NCBI GenBank assembly: GCA_031400595.1
Contig: JANNQG010000004.1
Location: 13,985-77,984 of the forward strand
Length of the DNA stretch: 64,000 nucleotides
Direction: 5' to 3'
Source of the DNA: Cyclobacteriaceae bacterium
Lineage (GTDB): Bacteria > Bacteroidota > Bacteroidia > Cytophagales > Cyclobacteriaceae
The translations under genes and the position numbers were made by a program. Under the pieces are notes generated by a model that was given only the letters and a program-made list of their open reading frames with translations, was not told where the DNA came from and searched no databases. This document shows, piece by piece, positions 26,439 to 38,100 of this stretch; position 1 is the stretch's first letter, and every line of letters starts with the position of its first letter.

Positions 26439-29231
26439 TTAGTGATTTACTTTTGTTCTTCCGTCATCTTTTCTTTTCGCATTCTCTTTCATGTCTTCTG
26501 GGTCATCCAACTCGGGCGAATCGCGAAAAGCTTTCCAATCAAACTTTTCATCAAGTGGCGACATCGCTTTTGTGGGATCAAATATTCGAGGGTCAACTGG
26601 CAGCGCGTTGTAGGGAGCAAAATCGGGCTTGTTGGTGAAGCAATCGTTTAGGTCATTCACACCAAAGTCATATTGATTCAAGTAGGAAGTACCCAATACA
26701 TTCCAAAATGTTTTGAAGATGCTTCCAAAGCTAAAATGCTGGTGACTGTTGAAATTCTTCTTGGCATAGGGAGAGATCACCATGAGAATGCTTCGGTGGG
26801 CGTCAATGTGATCACGGCCACCCTGTGCATCGTCTTCCGTAACAACGATCATCATATTTTTCCAATACTCGGTGTGACTCAGAAACTCAACCACCCTGCC
26901 CAACGCCAAATCGTTATCGGCCATATAGCTTTCGTTGAATGCAAACCCAGCTGCTGCGCGCTCACCTGCTCCATGATCGTTGAGTAGTTGTAAAGTCAGC
27001 ACAGAAGGCAATTCCTTTTTTGGATTGATATACTTTTCTGTGATCTCCTTCACAAAAATATCGGTCCGGAATTGATCAGGGATCGCCATATTAAAAGTCG
27101 GGAACAATCTAGAAGTACGATTGTACAACGGCCCCGGCAACGGATAATTCGCCAGATAACGAACTCCACCGTATTTAAAAGTAGAATCAGAAAACCCACC
27201 TGCATCAAACTCTACTCCAAATCCAAAATTATAAAATTCCTTTCCATGTCTTTCCAAATTTTCCCACATAGAACCGGCTTGGTTATAGCTCTCCGGAAAA
27301 ATCGCCCCGGCTGCGCCCGTCATACCAAACTTGCCGGGCGCTTTTGATTCTTCGCGTGGACTTCGCTTGCCACCGTAGGAGGCCGGATGATGAGTTTCCA
27401 TCCATTGGTTAGGATAGGTGTTGGTCAACCACACATGCCCATCGGCCGACACATCCGAGTCGACATAAAAGTTATCGCTGATTGTAAATTGCTCGGCCAA
27501 TGCCAAATGATTGGGCATCACGGTTGCTTTCTCCACTTTCATCGTTTTCTTTTTGTTCGTGAACGAAACATCTTTGGCGTAGTGAGCGAGTGAAGAATCT
27601 CCCTTTCCATTTTGAAGCTGACCAAACACCTCATCATAGGTTCTGTTTTCTTTTGAAATGAAGACGATGTATTTGATCGGAGACTCTTTCGCCTTGGGAT
27701 ATGAAGGGATCGGATTCTCGCTCTCTGCAGAGGCGATTTCTTTAAAATGGAAATTATTGGCAACTACTTTTTCGGTAAGGGCTTTCAATTCCGAATGAGC
27801 GGGAATATCAATGATTGAAACGGTACCCAGCATCAATGCACCAATGTAACTGGCGTAGGGATGATCAAAAGGCGGCTTGAAGTCTTTTCCTCCGTTAGGC
27901 CCGCTACCGAAGCCTTTTGCATTGGATACGATCAACTGCTTACCGTCAGGCGTAACCTTCAGCTTTGAGGGAAACCAACCTGTTGGAATATGACCCAGTA
28001 CTTTCTTAGAATCTAAATCAATTACCGCGACAGCGTTGATACCCGCTTCCGCTACGTATAATCTTTTTTGATCGGGGGAAATGGTTAATCCAAATGGGAT
28101 CACCCCTTTCAAACTTCCCAGGCGTTCATCCAATTTCAATTCGATGCTCTCCACCACTTTATTCTGTTTTGCATCGATGACAGAAATATTGTCGTTATTG
28201 CCATTGCTCACATACACAAATTGATCGGTAGCAACCATAGAATTTGGGCTTGATCCACCTACGGCAGAAATTCCGTCAATCTCCTCTCCCACCAGCACAC
28301 CTGTTTTCACTTTCGAAGTTACTGCTGGAATTTCTTTACTGACATCTATTCCCCACACTGAAAATGATTCGGGTGCATTCGGATCGCCTAAGCCAGCAAA
28401 TTCAATCGAGTCGTTCTTCGCTCCTTCTTTCATTTCTTTGGAGCCGTACGCGGAAGTGGGAAATTTAGCCGCGGTTTCATTAAGCCTTTTCTTATCCAAA
28501 CTTTTGATGTAGGAATATTCGAACATCCCCACATTGGCCACATAGACTGTCTTTTCATCAGGCGAAAGGGTTATGCCAAAAGGATAGCGACCTGTTTTTA
28601 TATTGTGAATAACTTGATTGGTTTTTGTGTCGATTACCATCATGCGAAATCCGATTTGATCGACCGCATACAATTTCGATCCATCTTTGCTCAATGCCAT
28701 GTCGCCAATGTAGCCATCGCTATAGTCTGTTCCGTCAAACGTTTTGTTGCAATTGATCTCTGCTAGTTTTTTATTCGTCTTCAAATCAAAAACATAAATT
28801 TTGTTTTGTTGCCCTCCGGCCACGTACACTTTTTGGCCGTCTGGTGAGATGGCCAGCCCCATGAACGTTGCTTCCAACAAGCCTTTCTCCGGGTTGAGTG
28901 TTTCAGGGATTTGTTTTACGATGGGCGATGCTGTGTTGTAATCGGAGATGATGGAAATCGAAAATGGCCCAACACCGGAGTTGGCAGTGATGATCGTTTT
29001 GCCGTCAGGGCTTAATGTTAAACCAAATGGATGGGGCGCAACTGTAATTTGTTTTCCCGTAGGCGTGATGATTCGGCCGTTGGGAAGAATGGTTTCGCCC
29101 GCTCGATCAATGTTAGTGTAGCGATCGCCCGCTGGAGCCGTTGCCATCCATACTTTTAGGTTTTCATTTTTTGAGGAGTTACAAGAAATAAATAGATAGG
29201 CAAGGCAGGTCAAATAAAGGATGGGCTTCAT
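26439..29231 (-). CDS. YncE/YVTN beta-propeller + phosphoesterase (AcpA/PlcH-like alkaline-phosphatase superfamily) lipoprotein, paralog 1
   Basis: Lipobox 'LFISC'; propeller repeats 'GRYPFGITLSPDEKTVYVAN'; 'KENRTYDEVFG', 'DNFYVDSDVSADGHVW', 'TEDDAQGGRDHIDAHRS'. Confidence 0.88.
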   Translation of the reverse strand: MKPILYLTCLAYLFISCNSSKNENLKVWMATAPAGDRYTNIDRAGETILPNGRIITPTGKQITVAPHPFGLTLSPDGKTIITANSGVGPFSISIISDYNTASPIVKQIPETLNPEKGLLEATFMGLAISPDGQKVYVAGGQQNKIYVFDLKTNKKLAEINCNKTFDGTDYSDGYIGDMALSKDGSKLYAVDQIGFRMMVIDTKTNQVIHNIKTGRYPFGITLSPDEKTVYVANVGMFEYSYIKSLDKKRLNETAAKFPTSAYGSKEMKEGAKNDSIEFAGLGDPNAPESFSVWGIDVSKEIPAVTSKVKTGVLVGEEIDGISAVGGSSPNSMVATDQFVYVSNGNNDNISVIDAKQNKVVESIELKLDERLGSLKGVIPFGLTISPDQKRLYVAEAGINAVAVIDLDSKKVLGHIPTGWFPSKLKVTPDGKQLIVSNAKGFGSGPNGGKDFKPPFDHPYASYIGALMLGTVSIIDIPAHSELKALTEKVVANNFHFKEIASAESENPIPSYPKAKESPIKYIVFISKENRTYDEVFGQLQNGKGDSSLAHYAKDVSFTNKKKTMKVEKATVMPNHLALAEQFTISDNFYVDSDVSADGHVWLTNTYPNQWMETHHPASYGGKRSPREESKAPGKFGMTGAAGAIFPESYNQAGSMWENLERHGKEFYNFGFGVEFDAGGFSDSTFKYGGVRYLANYPLPGPLYNRTSRLFPTFNMAIPDQFRTDIFVKEITEKYINPKKELPSVLTLQLLNDHGAGERAAAGFAFNESYMADNDLALGRVVEFLSHTEYWKNMMIVVTEDDAQGGRDHIDAHRSILMVISPYAKKNFNSHQHFSFGSIFKTFWNVLGTSYLNQYDFGVNDLNDCFTNKPDFAPYNALPVDPRIFDPTKAMSPLDEKFDWKAFRDSPELDDPEDMKENAKRKDDGRTKVNH

Positions 29232-29287
29232 ACAAGAAATTTAAGAAGTAAATTAAGACAACCAGAATGGAAGATGCTATTTGTAGT

Positions 29288-29304
29288 GATTAATGATATG
29301 TTAT
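29288..29304 (-). promoter_or_regulatory. 11-bp-phased repeat ATAACA-N5-TTAATC (Pho-box-like)
   Basis: Upstream of paralog-1 start. Confidence 0.35.
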
Positions 29305-29350
29305 GTTTATGCTCTACACCAGAACATACATTTTAAAAATGCAAACAATT

Positions 29351-31171
29351 TTATCTCTCAAGCAATTCCATTATTTTATTGAAAATCTCAGTATTTTGAT
29401 AGACTGCGGTAAACAAGGCAGAGCCAGGCCCATAGGCAAATACTGGCACTGGTATTGCCGTATGATCATTTGTACTGAAACTGCCCAAAACAATTCCTTG
29501 CTCAATATCCCCACCCAGCAAAGAAAGCCCACCCGTTTCATGATCTGCGGTTATGATTAACAATGTTTCTTTATTGATATCCACAAATTTCAATGCATCG
29601 CCAATTACCTCATCAAAGTCTAATACCTCTGTTACTATATAGGGCACATCGTTACTATGTCCACCCCAATCTACCTGGGCAGCTTCGAGCAGTATAAAAA
29701 AAGGTGCACCTGTACTGGTAAATAAGGAAGTAGTTTTATTGAAGGAACGGGTAAGAAAATCGCCACGACCTTCCTGTTTTTTTCTACTTGCTAAGTCATC
29801 AACAATTACAAGTTTTTGATTTTTTACAGTATCGATTAAACCAAACCGATTCGAAGTTGTGTATCCTCTAGCCGATAATTCCTTCAATAAGTCACGTCTG
29901 TCGTTCCGTTGTTGAAAGGCTGCCACTCCACCACCAATTAATATATCATTCTTAGATTCCAGAAAATCGAGTGCAATGGCCTCGCTCCAACTGCGCTCAC
30001 GCTTATGAGCATAAAATGATCCCGGAGTTGCATCGGTAATATCTCCATTTGAAATTATTGCTGTTTTAAAATTCCTGCTCTTGAGCAATTCTGTCACAAG
30101 TGCCAGTGGTTTACCAAGCGGATCCACTCCCACATATCGGTTTTTGGTTTTATAGCCGGTAGCCATAGCAGTAGCTCCTGCGGCCGAATCTGTAATATAA
30201 CTATCAGCCGATGCCGTTTGTACTAACCCAATATCTTTAATTCCGAAAACATTGAGTTGTGCGTGATTTGAAGTGTATCCACTAAACCATTGTGCAAGGC
30301 CAGTTCCATCACCTATCATCAAAATTATGTTGCGAGGTTTTGCATTCCGATTGTGAGAATATGTCGGAGTATATATGGTATGAAATTTTTTGTTTGTAAA
30401 GGTGCGCTTGGGTGAAGTTTCCAGGAAAGTCACGAGCTCATCTACCCGGTCGGTACCAATCACGTCAATCTCCAACTTCATCAAGTACAACCAAGCATTT
30501 GCAAAATCTGGTGTCGCCCAAAACCTTATTTTTTTACCGGCAGCATGTACCTCTTTAATTAAGGCTTCAATTTTTGTCCGTTCTGCATCAGGCATAATAC
30601 CCTTACCATTCCACTGCGAATATTTCTGAAACGAATCACTTACCAAGCTAATACGGTTCAGTTGGTACGCAGAATATTTTATTCCCGGACGGCCATCAAA
30701 GTGTATAAAGTGCGGGTATTGACTCCAAGTTGCCGGATCTGGAATATTGCCACTGATTACAAAACTCAATTGCTTAGCTGTAACCAATTGCGGATACCGG
30801 TTTAGCGATTCTACTAATATGGTCAATGTTGTTGCTCCGTCTGACTTTATATCAAGCATCAGTGTTAGGGGCTTTCGTATATCCGCAAAGGGATAGCCGT
30901 TGTTATAGATAACCTTGGATAGCAATGGTCTGAGGTAGAGGCTATCTAATGTATACTGCTCATCTAGCTCGGCTCGTGTATGTGCAACCAATAGCTTTCC
31001 GCGTTCCAGAAAAACATCGGCTTCCAAATATCCTACCTGATTGCGATATGCATTAAAAAACGGGATAGGTTGTACATAGTCGTTATGTGCAAATACCTGA
31101 ACATTTGAAGAGGACTGTGCTAAGCCATTTAGTGCAAGAAATATTTGAAAGAGTAGCAGATTAATTTTCAT
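29351..31171 (-). CDS. Fusion: N-terminal PLC-like phosphodiesterase (Aim6-like) + C-terminal PhoA-type alkaline phosphatase
   Basis: N-domain 'FAHNDY...YLEADVF'; PhoA motifs 'MIGDG', nucleophile 'TDSAAGATA', 'DWGGHSND', 'TADHETGG', 'DHTA'. Confidence 0.85.
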   Translation of the reverse strand: MKINLLLFQIFLALNGLAQSSSNVQVFAHNDYVQPIPFFNAYRNQVGYLEADVFLERGKLLVAHTRAELDEQYTLDSLYLRPLLSKVIYNNGYPFADIRKPLTLMLDIKSDGATTLTILVESLNRYPQLVTAKQLSFVISGNIPDPATWSQYPHFIHFDGRPGIKYSAYQLNRISLVSDSFQKYSQWNGKGIMPDAERTKIEALIKEVHAAGKKIRFWATPDFANAWLYLMKLEIDVIGTDRVDELVTFLETSPKRTFTNKKFHTIYTPTYSHNRNAKPRNIILMIGDGTGLAQWFSGYTSNHAQLNVFGIKDIGLVQTASADSYITDSAAGATAMATGYKTKNRYVGVDPLGKPLALVTELLKSRNFKTAIISNGDITDATPGSFYAHKRERSWSEAIALDFLESKNDILIGGGVAAFQQRNDRRDLLKELSARGYTTSNRFGLIDTVKNQKLVIVDDLASRKKQEGRGDFLTRSFNKTTSLFTSTGAPFFILLEAAQVDWGGHSNDVPYIVTEVLDFDEVIGDALKFVDINKETLLIITADHETGGLSLLGGDIEQGIVLGSFSTNDHTAIPVPVFAYGPGSALFTAVYQNTEIFNKIMELLER

Positions 31172-32109
31172 TTTGTTAAGGTTGTGGTATAAATCACCTT
31201 TCCGTTATAGTCGATTGTTTGCACTAAAATCTGACTGGATTGAATAGAGAGCAACATAAAACCATATTCTGAGGCAATAAATTTACTGATTGGTAACTTA
31301 CGCACTGGTGTAATTTCAGATGCAGCCCCCGAAACAAAATGGTGAGTACCAAAACTTGTGACGTGATGCTGAAGGCTATGTTCATGTCCTGCCAAGTAAG
31401 CATCAACTTTATATTTTTCGAAGATGGGTTGCAACGATCCACGGATACTACGGGTATCGTGGTTTTCTGTTCTGCTGCCGCCAGTATACATGGGATGATG
31501 CCCCACTACAAACTTCCACTTTACTGTGGATGGTACATCGCGCACTATTTCTTCCAACCACTTCTTTTGAGCAGTACTATCTTGGTCATGCACCTGATGG
31601 CCATCCCCATTATAGTAACCTTTTATGAGCGGAGTTGTGTCAATAAAAGCAAATAAGATTTGAGAACCGTCACTGCCCACGTTTATCAATTTGGAGTAAT
31701 AGCGCGCAGGCATTTGCCACCTACGACTAATGCGTGAGTAAGCAATCTGCGCCTGTGGATTTGACCCATAGTCGTGGTTGCCCAATACAGGATACCAATC
31801 CCATTGCAAAGAAAAGTCTGTATAAATATCTTCAAATGAATACTTCCAAAGCGGATCAAATTCACTCACTACTCCTTTTGGATAAAAATTATCGCCAGCA
31901 GCAATAATGAAGTCCACGCTAGCCTCAGAAGCAGTTTTTCCCATCTGCCGAGCCACTTGTTTTTGATGATCGGCACCGTTGCGGCCCCAATCACCCATCA
32001 ATATAAAGTTTACTGCCGATGGATCGACCTTGACTTTCTCTTGTGCTGCACTCTCGATCGAAAAAAAAAGTATGAGTGCGATAGGAATTTTAAATTGTGC
32101 CATTATCAA
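31168..32109 (-). CDS. Purple acid phosphatase (ACP5/TRAP-like metallophosphoesterase), secreted
   Basis: All five motifs: 'GDWG', 'GDNFY', 'GNHDY', 'VVGHHP', 'AGHEH'; 4-nt overlap with the next gene. Confidence 0.93.
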   Translation of the reverse strand: MIMAQFKIPIALILFFSIESAAQEKVKVDPSAVNFILMGDWGRNGADHQKQVARQMGKTASEASVDFIIAAGDNFYPKGVVSEFDPLWKYSFEDIYTDFSLQWDWYPVLGNHDYGSNPQAQIAYSRISRRWQMPARYYSKLINVGSDGSQILFAFIDTTPLIKGYYNGDGHQVHDQDSTAQKKWLEEIVRDVPSTVKWKFVVGHHPMYTGGSRTENHDTRSIRGSLQPIFEKYKVDAYLAGHEHSLQHHVTSFGTHHFVSGAASEITPVRKLPISKFIASEYGFMLLSIQSSQILVQTIDYNGKVIYTTTLTK

Positions 32110-32167
32110 GTCGTTAACATAAATCTGAAGCTTAAAAACCAGAGGTGAAGGACGAAACTCAAATAGG

Positions 32168-33262
32168 TCACTTTAAGTTGCATGATGTTGATTTTGAAAG
32201 CACCGGGTTACACTGGCTGTACTTACCACCAAAAGTAATTTCAAAGTCTTTGTTGGGGCTTTGTGACTTTTGATAATAGTCCGTACTGATTAACTGAGCC
32301 CCAGATCGAAAGGCTGCTTCAAATCTGCTCTTGTTTCCAGTTCGTGCCTCTTTGGTTTCAGCATCAGAACGGGTGCGAACCATAAAGCCCTGCTTCACTC
32401 GTTCAGTTATTTCTTTCTCAAGCTCAATGGGATCATTCATGATGAAAAAAGCAGCATGCGGATTGTCAGCGTTGGCATTTGAAAACATGGGTCTTGTATA
32501 GTCTTCATCTCCCACTATGTACAATTCGGTCAGCTCTTTTCCGGCATCAAGCACGAATAGTACTTTTCCTCTAACATTGGCAAGGTATGGCCAGCCTTTA
32601 TCCACGATTGCTTGCCGTAGTGTTTTTTTCGTTCCCTTAACAAGACTTGGCGTAATCAATTCATCTTGTTTAAAGACTTGAAGAATCTCTTTGTCAAGAG
32701 CATCTAACACATTTTTATCAAAGGGTAGCACTTTCACAAAACCAGGCCTGTCAATTCCTGAGTCCTTGGGGTTAATGGTAATAATGATTGGCAAGTGATC
32801 TTTATGCAATTGGGACCAATTTCTGATGTCTGCAAGGCATACTTTGAAGGTAGAGCAGTGAGTTCTGAAGTCTATATCGGGTACATGAAGCACTTTAAAT
32901 CCTGGATCTTTCATAGCCTCTGGGTTGTATGGCTCGGCTTCTACTCCTTGGGCCTTAAGGATATCAAGTCCTTTTGGATTTGAGAACCGACCACCGTATG
33001 GGTCGTAAAGCACATCTATCTCCAGCCCTCTCAGGCCTAAGTCTAGTTGTTGTGTAATGGGAATGTGTGTGTAATCTAATCCTATTGCTTCTGGGCGTTC
33101 GGACAGAATAATGTCCATCAACGGTTTTTCAATTCCAATCTTGTAACTGTTATGACTACCTATTACCTGAGTCTGATTCATTTTGAGAATCTGCCCATTG
33201 AGTGAGGCAAACGACAAGCAAACCAAAACCATTGAAGTAAGACTCTTGTATACTTGATTCAT
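32168..33262 (-). CDS. PI-specific phospholipase C-like phosphodiesterase (PI-PLC-C1 type), secreted
   Basis: 'QVIGSHNSYK', 'QQLDLGLRGLEIDV', 'KVLHVPDID', 'SGAQLISTDY'. Confidence 0.85.
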   Translation of the reverse strand: MNQVYKSLTSMVLVCLSFASLNGQILKMNQTQVIGSHNSYKIGIEKPLMDIILSERPEAIGLDYTHIPITQQLDLGLRGLEIDVLYDPYGGRFSNPKGLDILKAQGVEAEPYNPEAMKDPGFKVLHVPDIDFRTHCSTFKVCLADIRNWSQLHKDHLPIIITINPKDSGIDRPGFVKVLPFDKNVLDALDKEILQVFKQDELITPSLVKGTKKTLRQAIVDKGWPYLANVRGKVLFVLDAGKELTELYIVGDEDYTRPMFSNANADNPHAAFFIMNDPIELEKEITERVKQGFMVRTRSDAETKEARTGNKSRFEAAFRSGAQLISTDYYQKSQSPNKDFEITFGGKYSQCNPVLSKSTSCNLK

Positions 33263-33316
33263 AATTATCTATTAGAGAATAGTCAATCTAGATGATTTTT
33301 ACGCCTTGTAGATTAG

Positions 33317-33353
33317 AAAAAAGTCGAAAGCAATTTTGAGCTTTCGACCTTTT
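33317..33353 (-). terminator. Intrinsic terminator after susD-1
   Basis: GTCGAAAGC / GCTTTCGAC 9-bp stem with U6 on the minus strand. Confidence 0.8.
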
Positions 33354-33389
33354 GATGATTTAGCAATTTTGATAATTAACCAGAGTCAA

Positions 33390-35132
33390 TCAATATCCAG
33401 GGTTCTGTGATAAGAATCCCGCCAAATTAGAAGCACCATCAATTGCTTTTTGCGGGATCGGGAATAATCTTTTGTTAACATCACTACCTGTCTTACCAGT
33501 CCAGTTGCCTTCATATTTGCCAAACCGAATTTGATAGTTTCTCCTGAGACCCTCCCAATAAAGTTCAAACCCAGATTCGCGGAATAATATATCGAGGTTT
33601 ATAGAAGATAAAGCCGCTGGTGTTTGGGTAGGGCGAGCATTCCTGGAAGTCCTGAGCGTATTTACATCTGCCAATGCACCAGCATTATCTCCACTTCTCA
33701 ACTTAGCTTCTGCACGCATCAGGTAAATTTCGCCCAAGCGGATCAAAACTATATCTACACTACTGAAATTGCAACAATCGGGCGCGGTACTGCTAAATTG
33801 ATACTTTGAGAATCGGTGACCTGTATGATGCAAACTGCCTTGGTCAGTAAAATCAACCTGTTTTATATGATCAACATACGCTCGGTTTGCACCACTGGTT
33901 CGCGCATTGATAACGGGATAAATTCGCACTTTGCCATCTGCACATTTCAGGATATTACCTGCAGCATCTTTTCTGGGACCCCATATATTACCACGAAGTA
34001 TTCCCCTGTTTATTTGAAAACTTTTTGCATCCACACAGAAGTAATGCTCCGAATCATTTGCTGGGGTTATCCCTGTAAGGTCTTTAAGGTTGCCAGGTAT
34101 AATCGTATTTTCTTGGAAGAAGCGGGCATCGGCTGTGGCCGGATCCACATTGCCGTAGGCATCAACCCAAGTCTGATAAAAATCAGGAGTTAAAGCGCCA
34201 GCATCTGTACCGCGTGTATTCGGCCACTCAGGTCTTGGCACCAAGTCACCAGATATAGACCAATAAGCCCAACGGCTATGCTCAGATTGCAGCACACCCC
34301 GTTGGTCAAGCGAGAATATGATTTCGCGATTGGAATTGTTGTTATCATTGAACAATGCAAAATACTCAGAAGACAACGAGTACGGCTCAGCGATGATTTC
34401 ATTTGTGTATTTTAGAACGTTCTGCATATCTGCTGGTTTAAATTCCGGAGTTCCGTAAGGATTTCTATAAACTGCAGCATTCAAATATAAACGTGCTAAC
34501 AAAGCCTTTACGGCATTTTTTGAAAACCTACCGGGTCCTTTATCACTATTAATCATGTTAACGACCGATAGAAGATCACTTTCAACATAACCAATGGCTT
34601 CTTGCCCCCTTAAAATCACAGATCTTTGATCTGAACTTAGTTTCTTAAAAACAATACCCCAATTATCCAATAACTGCATATTAAGATATGCCTTCATCGC
34701 TATCATCTCATAGAGTGCACCCTGAGCCTCTGCATTACCCGATGCTTCTTGCTTCAATCTCTCCTCTGCTGCTACGGCTCTCGATAAAGTTAGCGTCAGG
34801 TCGGTCCATGTGTCCCCTACCAAAGCGTTTCCTGGGGTCATCAGATGCTGATGAACCGCAATAAACTTTCCACCATCAAACCAGTCCCTACCCCCGCGAT
34901 AGGGTAGAATGGCTTCATCGGAGGCGATTTCTTGTAACCCGAAATTACGTGTATGCAGCCATACGTTCCTAAGAAGACCATATGCAGGTGCTATCGATCC
35001 ACTAACAGTTTCTGCCTGGCCTGTTCCAGTTAACGACTCATCAAGTATCTCTTCTTCCAAGTTGGTGCAACTTAGAAAAGCGAATAAAAATGCAAAGATC
35101 GGAAGTGTCTTACTATACATTATCTTTTTCAT
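33390..35132 (-). CDS. susD: SusD/RagB family lipoprotein (pair 1)
   Basis: Lipobox 'FLSC'; 'KALLARLYLN', 'LIRLGEIYLMRAEAKLR', 'ELYWEGLRR', 'LFPIPQ'. Confidence 0.93.
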   Translation of the reverse strand: MKKIMYSKTLPIFAFLFAFLSCTNLEEEILDESLTGTGQAETVSGSIAPAYGLLRNVWLHTRNFGLQEIASDEAILPYRGGRDWFDGGKFIAVHQHLMTPGNALVGDTWTDLTLTLSRAVAAEERLKQEASGNAEAQGALYEMIAMKAYLNMQLLDNWGIVFKKLSSDQRSVILRGQEAIGYVESDLLSVVNMINSDKGPGRFSKNAVKALLARLYLNAAVYRNPYGTPEFKPADMQNVLKYTNEIIAEPYSLSSEYFALFNDNNNSNREIIFSLDQRGVLQSEHSRWAYWSISGDLVPRPEWPNTRGTDAGALTPDFYQTWVDAYGNVDPATADARFFQENTIIPGNLKDLTGITPANDSEHYFCVDAKSFQINRGILRGNIWGPRKDAAGNILKCADGKVRIYPVINARTSGANRAYVDHIKQVDFTDQGSLHHTGHRFSKYQFSSTAPDCCNFSSVDIVLIRLGEIYLMRAEAKLRSGDNAGALADVNTLRTSRNARPTQTPAALSSINLDILFRESGFELYWEGLRRNYQIRFGKYEGNWTGKTGSDVNKRLFPIPQKAIDGASNLAGFLSQNPGY

Positions 35133-35173
35133 ATCGTTCTATTGTTTTGTTAAATGAATTGGTTGCTCTATCA

Positions 35174-38100
35174 TCAAAATGTTACATTAAGGCTAAACAA
35201 AAACGTTCTCGCCCTTGGATAGGTAAATCGGTCGATACCAAAAGTTTGAATTTCAGCTAACGTTGAACCCGTGTTTACTTCCGGATCAAATCCGGAATAT
35301 TCAGTCATCGTAAATAAATTTTGACCGGTTATCGAAAGGCGAATGTTTTTTAGCCCATTGCCCAGTCCGATTTTATTAGGTCTCAAATTATATCCAAGGG
35401 TGGCATTGTTCAATCTCAAGAAAGAGCCATTTTCCAAATAACGGGTAGACACGGTATTGGAATTACTGGATGACTCATTGGGGAACTGGGTGGCAAAATC
35501 AGTTGTGTTGTTCGATCTTGTCAATTGTGCTTTACTGAACAAGGTCATTGTAGTATGGTTATAAATCTGGTTTCCGGCAACACCGTTAAAGTTGAAACCT
35601 AAGTCAAAATTTTTGTAGTTAAAGTTCATATTAAAGGCATAGATAAAATCAGCAATGGAATTGCCAACAACCCTGCGGTCATTGTCTAATACAGCTCCGT
35701 CTCCGTTAGTATCCTTAAATCGGTTAAGCCCGTCTGCACCAATTCCATCGAATTCAAGCATATAGAAAGCACCTATAGCTTCATTGTTAACATAACCATT
35801 GATAGTTGCGCCCGTTTGACCAGACCCTGAGGCCGCCCCTGTAGTGAGCACAGTGAAGGGTGAATTTGTCACCTTATTTCTAATATACGTAACATTACCG
35901 CCAATGCTATAAGAGAAGTTGCGTTGTGCATTGCCCTTATAATTTAGTGATAGTTCCACCCCACTATTCTGGATGATCATATCGTTGATATTAGTCCAAA
36001 ATCTGTCAGTAGGCTGTACTGGATCTGCCGGCTGTACTTCCAACAATATATTAGTGGAGCGTTTATTAAAGTAATCTAACGTACCGGTCAACCGATAATC
36101 AAGAAGCGCAAAATCAATTCCGATATCTGTTTGTGTCGATACTTCCCATTGTAGGTTGGGGTTTGCCAAACGGGTAAACGTAATTCCAAAAGGATAGCGA
36201 TCAACCGAAGTAGCAGTAGGATCGATAGGGTACGTGTTGAGACTTGAGCCACCTGTTGTCAGCCTAGATTCTGAAAAACTTGCTTTTGTAATCTTAGGTG
36301 GTATTTCCTGATTACCTGTCTGTCCCCAACTCGCACGTATCTTGAGGTTTTGAAAAAAGGAATTAGACATGAATTTTTCGTTAATAACATTCCAACCTAA
36401 AGCAACCGAAGGAAAGTACCCGTACTTGTTGTTTTCCCCAAACTTTGAGGATCCATCAGCTCGCAACGTAGCCGTCACTAAATATTTATCTGAAAATCCA
36501 TAGTTCAATCGACCAAAGAAAGACTGTAACTCATTTCTCTCGGCACCGGAAGTTACAGAGGTGGGAAAAGTAGCGCTACTCGTCTGATCCTGATATCTTG
36601 GCTCAATGTTATTATTGGCAAAACCCAGAAAATTAACTGATCGGCCTTCTTCTAAAAAATTTTGGTATGAGTTTCCTGCTAATAGCACTACCGAGTGAAT
36701 ATCCTTATTCCAGTTATAGGTAAGTGTATTCTCGACTAGTTCGTTAGTATTTGTACTAATTGTATTTGTTAAAGATCCATTTGAAATATTCGCCTCGTTT
36801 ACAATCGTTGGAAATGGTTTGAATTGAACGTCCCTGTTTGTGGTAGAATAATCGACACCCAAATTCAATTTATAGACAAGACCTTTCACAATTTCTACCG
36901 ATGGCGAAATGGAAGCCAGGATACGGGTATTGGTGGCCAAATCACTATATAGTTGATTCCGCTTTAGGGGATTTAATGCGTTGATGTTTAGCAGCGAAGG
37001 CTCACCGTTTGTGTAGGCCGGTATCGTTGGGTTTAAACTAAGCATATCACTCATAGTCGGGTTTATCTGAGGACGCAAATTTTCGGTGCGAGATGCAGTC
37101 AAGTTATACTCGATCTTCAACTTATCGTTTATAGCCTTCTGGGTCATATTCAATTTCCCCGAATAGCGTTTAAGGTTGCTATTCTTTAAGATTCCTTCTT
37201 GGTCTTGCAAGCCTAGCGAAGCGAAATACGATAGTTTATCTGAGGCACCGCTCAAAGAAAAATTAGCATTTGTCGATACTCCAGTTTGGCTCAATTCATC
37301 CTGCCAATTTGTATTTCCACCAAAGTCTTCCAGAAGTCCGCCCTCGGCCACTACCTTACTGCGGAACTCATTTGCGCTAAACACGGGTATCTTCTTGGAC
37401 ATGGAAGACACTGCTGAAGAGATGGAAAAATTCATCTCCGTTTTCCCGGCTTTACCCTTTTTAGTTGTGATTACCACCACGCCATTAGAAGCTCTGGATC
37501 CATAAACTGCTGCAGCGCTAGCATCCTTTAACACATCGATACTTTCAATGTCACCAGGATTAAGAAAGTTTAATGGATTAGTGTCAAAGCCATTATTCGC
37601 ATTGTCTAGTAGCAAACCATCTACCACGTAGAGAGGCTGTGTCCCCGAACGCAAACTGCCAATACCACGTATGATCACATTTTGTGCAGCCCCGGGCTCA
37701 CCGCTATTAGCTGAAATATTTACCCCTGCCAATTTGCCCTGCAAAAGTTCACCGGCATTGGTGAACACCCCTTTGTTAAAGTCGTCACTTTTAATAGAAG
37801 CGATGGCACCAGTAACATCCGCCCTTTTTTGCGTCCCATAGCCAACTACTACAAGCTCGGATAAAGTCTCAGTACTTGCCAACAGTGACGCGGAAATCTC
37901 CGACCGATCTCCAACCGTGATTTCTTGGGTTTCAGATCCAATAAAACTAAAAATCAAAATCGATCGTGATGAAGAAACAATAATTCTGTAGTTACCGTTT
38001 GCATCACTCACTGTTCCGTTTGAAGTCCCCTTTTCGAGAATGTTGACACCTGGAAGCGTAGCGCCATTTTCATCTTTTACATTGCCCGTTACCGCAACTT

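Noticed and set aside
29303-29560. 85-aa plus-strand ORF
   Set aside because: Overlaps the PhoA-fusion 3' end in antisense; likely a shadow ORF.
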